Source: Longimicrobiales bacterium (GTDB taxonomy: Bacteria; Gemmatimonadota; Gemmatimonadetes; Longimicrobiales; Gaopeijiaceae). Taken from it: a stretch of 64,000 bases of DNA. A model generated the notes under the pieces. That model was not told where the DNA came from and did not search any database. It worked only from the letters and a program-made list of their open reading frames with translations. This document shows positions 59,039-64,000 of the stretch, one piece after another. The position numbers were made by a program, and so were the translations under genes. Each line of letters opens with the position of its first letter. Within the stretch, counting starts at the first letter, position 1. The stretch is from assembly GCA_965238005.1 (NCBI GenBank), contig OZ250165.1, positions 2,144,001-2,208,000 of the forward strand, given 5' to 3'.

Positions 59039-60417
59039 TCAACCCTCGAAGGCCTGCCACACCCCAGGCCGCACGGGCACATAGACGATCTCCCAAGGCT
59101 CGCGCACATTCCGCATCACGAAGAGGGGTACGCCCATGTGCTCCGATACCTGTCGGATGGCGTCGCAGCCGAGCCGCACCGGGCCCGGCGAAGGGTCGAA
59201 GTCACGCCCGTCGAAGGGGATCGACTCCTCCGCCTCGAACCAGGACCGGCCCTCGGCATAGGTGCCGGCGAAGTCCACGGCGGGCCTCAGCTCCTCCAGG
59301 GGAACCCTCGACGGGCCAACCAGGGTGGCGCCGCCCTTGGTGATGAGCACGTCCACCGACTCGCCGGTCGCCAGACAGATCCTAGTGGGCGTGCCCGTGG
59401 GAAGCGGCGGCCTCACCACCACCGTATCCGGTGGCGGTGCAGGCAGGACGACGACCTCTCCAACGGGACGGTCACGGAGCGTGGCCTTGCAGAGGCGGGC
59501 ACCGCAGAGGGCCACCGACACCTTCAGGCCGAACTTCGAGCTCCGGTAGACCGACGCGTCCGTGGAGTAGTTCACGCCCAGGACGTGCGCTCCCACGACG
59601 ACGCCGTCCAGATCCAGCTGGCCTCCCAGATTCCAGTCGAACCCGTTGTACTCGCTCATGAGGGTGACGATCTTGCTGTGGCCCACTTGGAGGTGCCAGG
59701 CGGCACCGGCGAACCAGCCCTCGCTGTCCGAGAACTCGTACCAGTCCAGGCCGTCTCCCTCTTTGAAGAGTCCGTTGCCCCACCCGGCGCTCAACGTGAA
59801 GTCGTGCTTCGGGAGGAATCCCGAGGCGAATCCCGGAAGATCCGCACCAGCCACGGCGTAGAAGGAGAACTCGGTGCCGATGCTCGACGTTCCGATCCGG
59901 TCGCGAATCCGACGATCGGCCCTGCCAAGGCGAGTCGGAGCGTACTCGACCCCGTCGCCGAAGTCGGGGCTGTTCAGGTAGCGACCACCCACCGCCAGGC
60001 CCAGTCCGTGGACCTGGGGATTGAGGAGCGAAAGGCGTCCAAAGGCGCCCCAAAGGGCGCCACCTCCCTCCGTTCCCTCCAGAGATTGGACCGTGGCCCC
60101 CACCTCGAGAAGGTCGAACAGCCCCAGAGCGAGCGCCAGATCTCCGTTCCAGCCACCCTCGAAGGGCTCGGTGCCGTGATCCCACCCTCTCCATCGGTAG
60201 AGAAGTCGACGTCGTTGCTGGTCCAAAACCCTGAGTAGGTGCCTGTGAGCGCCATATGGGGGAGGACGCTGGCTACCGGGATGTCCAGCAATCCGGAGCC
60301 GTGCCGCAACGTGCCGGAGATTTTCGTGGACTGTCCTGACGCCGCGAAGGCGATGGTCAGGACAAATACGATCGTGTGAAGCACGACCGCGCGGGTCCTC
60401 TTGAGCGTAGTCTTCAT
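59039..60417 (-). pseudogene. YjbH-like outer-membrane beta-barrel protein, frameshifted near 60170
   Basis: Signal peptide and 'GLLDIPVASVLP' lie in one frame (from 60417); the barrel-like strands lie in another. Confidence 0.65.
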
Positions 60418-60643
60418 GACGGCGGCCTCCCTTTTTCGTCCAGCCTCCCGGCTCGTTAGAGGGCGTCTGAACGAGCCCCACCCTACTCACCCTGCCAGAT
60501 GTGTGCCAGAACCCCATCTCCGGCGCACCGCACCCGACGAGTGGGAGTCCTCATCAGCCACCTGCGGCGCTTGCATTGGGGCGATGGCGGCCTAGGTTCG
60601 ACCCCCTGGATTACCACCTCATCATAGCGGCACGAGAACGATC

Positions 60644-61630
60644 ATGAGCCGACCGGTCGCCAACAACGAGCTCACGCTGACCCGCAAAGACTTCGAGCGG
60701 GCCCGCGAAATCGTCGCGCCCCACGTGTACCACACACCCATGCTCACGTCCCGTTCCCTGAGTGAGGTTACGGGCTTCGACATCCGGCTGAAGGCGGAGC
60801 TGTTCCAGCGGGGCGGCGCCTACAAGGTGCGGGGTCCCATGAACAAGATCGCGCACCTGTCGGACGAGGAGCGGGCTCGCGGGGTCATCTGTTCATCCGC
60901 GGGCAACCACTCGCAGGGGGTCGCCATCGCGGCCCGGCAGTACGGGGTGAAGGCGATCGTGGTGATGGCCGAAAACGCCACGCCGTCGAAGATCGCCGCC
61001 ACCGAGGGTTACGGCGCAGAGGTGGTGCTGCACGGTGGGATCTGGGACGAGGCCAACGAGAAGGCGTTGGAGCTGGTCGAGGAGCGGGGGCTTACCTATA
61101 TCCATCCGTTCGACGATCCGGATCTCATCGCCGGTCAGGGAACGGTCGGGCTCGAGATCATGGATGACTTCCCGGAAGCTGAAGTCGTCGTGGTACCCAT
61201 TGGTGGCGGGGGGTTGATATCCGGGATCTCCATGGCGGTCAAGAGCATCGATCCCGACATCCGGGTTATCGGTGTCGAGTCCTCCGGCGCGCCGGCAATG
61301 AAGCGAAGCGTCGAGGCCGGTCACCGCATCACGCTGGACGAGGTGGATTGCGTGATCGACGGGTTACGGGTGAAGCGGGTAGGGGAGTACACGCGCTCGG
61401 TCGTCTCGCGTTTCGTGGATGAAATCGTGACGCTGCCCGACGAACAGATCTTCGATGCCATTCTGTGGCTGATGGCGCGAGCCAAACTAGTAACCGAAGG
61501 TGCGGCGGCGGCGCCGGTGGGGGCGCTGTTGCAGAGGCTGGTCGAGGCGCTACCGAACACCAGGGTCGTGGCCGTCCTGAGTGGTGGAAACCTCGACGTG
61601 GAGCAGTTGCGCGGGCTGAGTTGGAACTGA
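60644..61630 (+). CDS. Threonine/serine dehydratase (PLP-dependent)
   Basis: KAELFQ.GG.YK.RG, SAGNH.QG, HPFDD..AGQGT, PIGGGGL, SGGN. Confidence 0.92.
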   Translation: MSRPVANNELTLTRKDFERAREIVAPHVYHTPMLTSRSLSEVTGFDIRLKAELFQRGGAYKVRGPMNKIAHLSDEERARGVICSSAGNHSQGVAIAARQYGVKAIVVMAENATPSKIAATEGYGAEVVLHGGIWDEANEKALELVEERGLTYIHPFDDPDLIAGQGTVGLEIMDDFPEAEVVVVPIGGGGLISGISMAVKSIDPDIRVIGVESSGAPAMKRSVEAGHRITLDEVDCVIDGLRVKRVGEYTRSVVSRFVDEIVTLPDEQIFDAILWLMARAKLVTEGAAAAPVGALLQRLVEALPNTRVVAVLSGGNLDVEQLRGLSWN

Positions 61631-62973
61631 ACGCTGAGCAGCCGGGTGGTGTGCGCCCGCGCGAGATCTTCGGCAGTCGGGCCGGTTTCGTCATGGCGGC
61701 GGTCGGCAGTGCGGTCGGGCTCGGGAACATGTGGCGCTTTCCGTACCGGACAGCCGAGGGTGGTGGTGCGGCGTTCGTGCTGCTGTATCTGGCGATGACG
61801 CTCATCATCGGGGTTCCGATGATGGTAGCGGAGTTCGGGGTCGGACGTCGGGCACGACTTTCGTCGGTGGGTGCGTTGCGTGCGATCGGGGGCGTGGCGT
61901 GGGTGCCACTCGGCTACCTCTTTGTGCTCACCTCACTGTTGATTATCGCGTACCTGTCGGTCATCACCGGGTGGACGATTCGCTACGCCCTGGACGGATT
62001 GGTCGCCGGCTATTCCGCCACACCCGGGGCCCGATACGACGAGGTCTCGACCGGACCGACCGCAGTGCTCTTTCACGTCCTCATCATGGTGGTGACCACG
62101 GGCATCGTTTGGCTGGGAGTCAAAAAGGGCATCGAACGCACCAGCCTGATCCTGATGCCGATCCTGTTCTTGATTCTGATTTCCCTCGCCGTATGGGCGG
62201 CGACCCTGGACGGAGCCGCGCCGGGGTACGCCTTCTACCTCACGCCCTCGGTGAGCTCACTGATGGATCCGATCGTCATCCAGGGAGCGGCCAGCCAGGC
62301 GTTCTTCTCGCTGAGCGTCGGCATGGGCATCATGCTGACGTACGGTTCCTACCTTTCGGGGAGTGAGAGCCTCTGTCGAGAAGCGGTGATCGTCTCGATG
62401 GCGGATTTCTCGGTCGCGTTCATTGCGGGGCTGGTGGTGTTCCCGGTGATCTTCGCGTTGGGGTTATCGAGTGAGGTAACGGAGAGCACGATGGGTACGC
62501 TCTTCATATCGCTGCCCAGTGCCTTCAGGGAGATGGGGGCCATCGGGAGAGTAGTGGGGGTGGCGTTTTTTGTGGCGCTGGCCGTGGCGTCGATCACGTC
62601 GACCGTTTCACTCCTCGAGGTGGTGGCCGCGGTCGGGATTGACGAGTTCGAGTTCACTCGACGGACTGCGACGCTGCTGGCGGGAGTGCTTGCGACGGGG
62701 ATCGGCATATTCGCCGCCGTGTCGGGTGACGTTTTGGGAGTGCTCGATAAGGTCGCCGGCGAGTTCTTCGTGGTCGTCGGTGTGTTGGGAATGTCGCTGT
62801 TGTTTGGATGGCGAATGACGGAGCCCGCCCGCCAAGTCTCCGCCGGTGCTTCCCCGGCGACCGCTCGCTTCGTCCCGGCCCTAATATTCCTGATCCGCTA
62901 CGTCATCCCGCCGGTTCTTGCCGTTCTGGCCTGGGTGGCACTCCGCGACATGGTGACTACCCTCGCGGGGTGA
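61621..62973 (+). CDS. NSS-family sodium-dependent transporter (start uncertain)
   Basis: GSAVGLGNMWRFPY, QAFFSLSVG.G..YGSY. Confidence 0.92.
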   Translation: MELNAEQPGGVRPREIFGSRAGFVMAAVGSAVGLGNMWRFPYRTAEGGGAAFVLLYLAMTLIIGVPMMVAEFGVGRRARLSSVGALRAIGGVAWVPLGYLFVLTSLLIIAYLSVITGWTIRYALDGLVAGYSATPGARYDEVSTGPTAVLFHVLIMVVTTGIVWLGVKKGIERTSLILMPILFLILISLAVWAATLDGAAPGYAFYLTPSVSSLMDPIVIQGAASQAFFSLSVGMGIMLTYGSYLSGSESLCREAVIVSMADFSVAFIAGLVVFPVIFALGLSSEVTESTMGTLFISLPSAFREMGAIGRVVGVAFFVALAVASITSTVSLLEVVAAVGIDEFEFTRRTATLLAGVLATGIGIFAAVSGDVLGVLDKVAGEFFVVVGVLGMSLLFGWRMTEPARQVSAGASPATARFVPALIFLIRYVIPPVLAVLAWVALRDMVTTLAG

Positions 62974-63015
62974 GGTCTGTCAGCCACGTAGAACGCAGCA
63001 TTAGGAAACGGGACA

Positions 63016-63258
63016 CTATCCGTTTCCGAGCCGCTCCTCGACACGGCGGAGCCGACGGCCTATGGCGACGAGCCAGCCGAAAACGAGGACCCACGCAACG
63101 GTGTAAGCGATGAAGACGTGCCAGTAGGGCCGGCCCATGGTCTGTTGGCCCAGGGCGCCGGCCTCCTGGGCCAGGAGCGTCAGTGGGCTCGCATATAGCG
63201 CCAGAAGCAGCAGCCCGATCACGGTGACGAGTCGGATATATCGTTTGAGGTCGTTCAT
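63016..63258 (-). CDS. CcmD-like heme export accessory protein
   Basis: VFIAYTVAWVLVFGWL..I.RR; ATGA overlap with ccmC. Confidence 0.7.
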   Translation of the reverse strand: MNDLKRYIRLVTVIGLLLLALYASPLTLLAQEAGALGQQTMGRPYWHVFIAYTVAWVLVFGWLVAIGRRLRRVEERLGNG

Positions 63259-63968
63259 GAGACTTCCACTCCGTGGGCAGGGGCCGGGACAGCCTCTCGT
63301 CGGGCCAGCTCGCGCTCCAAGCGCTCCACTCCATAGCGCGCCAGGAAAAGTGAGAAGAAGAGGAGGGTGAAGGCCAGGAGTCCGACCATGAGCGTCCAAA
63401 ACATGGCGGAGTCCAGGTTCGGACCGTCGGGCCGCAAGACCACCGCCTCGGGGTGAAGGGACCGCAGCCAACTCACGCTGATGTGGATGAAGGGGATGTC
63501 CAGCACGCCGATGATGCCGATCACGGCCGCCAGACGCTTCCCCTGCTCCGGGTTGGGTGTGCTCTTCCGCACCAGAAAGTACCCGAGGTAGATGAACCAC
63601 AGCAGGAGCGCCAGCGTGAGTCTGGGCTCCCAGGTCCACCAGGCACCCCAGGCGACCCTGCCCCACAGAGGACCGGTCAGAAGGCCTATGGTGGCGAACA
63701 GCATCCCTCCCTCGGCCGCGGCCACGGCGGCCATGTCCAGCCGTTCGTCCCCGAGCCACAGGTACACCGCGCTGCATAGGGCGACCATCCCGAACGCGAG
63801 GAAGGTGATCCACCACGCAGGCACGTGGATGTAGAAGATCCGCTGGATGATGCCCATGCTGGACTCGGTGGGCACCCAGAAAAACACCATCCAGTGCAAG
63901 ACCACCGCCGCCGCGATCCCGAGCGTGCCGAGACCGACGACTCCCCACCGGACTCGTTTGAGGTTCAT
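63255..63968 (-). CDS. ccmC: Heme exporter / cytochrome c biogenesis protein CcmC
   Basis: RIFYIHVP, TGPLWG..WG.WW.WEPRLT, SV.W.R.LHP. Confidence 0.93.
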   Translation of the reverse strand: MNLKRVRWGVVGLGTLGIAAAVVLHWMVFFWVPTESSMGIIQRIFYIHVPAWWITFLAFGMVALCSAVYLWLGDERLDMAAVAAAEGGMLFATIGLLTGPLWGRVAWGAWWTWEPRLTLALLLWFIYLGYFLVRKSTPNPEQGKRLAAVIGIIGVLDIPFIHISVSWLRSLHPEAVVLRPDGPNLDSAMFWTLMVGLLAFTLLFFSLFLARYGVERLERELARREAVPAPAHGVEVS

Positions 63969-63978
63969 TGGGCCCCCC

Positions 63979-64000
63979 TCATTCTTCGATCACGAAACGA
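63979..64000 (-). CDS. 3' end of the upstream gene, probably CcmB
   Basis: ..RFVIEE* just before ccmC; call rests mainly on context. Confidence 0.5.

Overview
A GC-rich bacterial chromosome segment, probably Gemmatimonadota (inferred from gene order and the typical 'MSDP..RLNAAL.GRY.IERELG' Ser/Thr-kinase N-termini). It has four blocks. (1) 1-10.8 kb: minus-strand pilM'NOPQ - large lipoprotein - aroC - aroK - topA, with pilM cut at its 5' end by an IS481 element. (2) 12.3-19.0 kb: a candidate extracellular-DNA capture locus. A ComEC-type metallo-beta-lactamase lipoprotein sits divergent from two OB-fold-repeat lipoproteins and an Oar-like TonB-dependent receptor that is truncated at about 19.03 kb. 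(3) About 19.0-40.25 kb: a mosaic island ending at tRNA-Gln(TTG). It carries a tyrosine integrase/xis/cro-cI module, a HipA-like kinase plus DUF3037-like pair, an IS3, a tandem array of tiny paralogous genes and a pilin/response-regulator operon. Its cargo is nearly all minus-strand and is separated by several families of repeated intergenic modules and truncated kinase 'stubs'. (4) 40.4-64 kb: housekeeping genes (ispE, pdxJ, hflX, rarA, cca, gmhA, alaS, recA, ccmBCD) and a TIGR04282/04283-DUF547-DedA cluster with two gene fusions. Several single-base lesions may be decay or sequencing error. All calls come from reading the sequence by eye; no searches were run.
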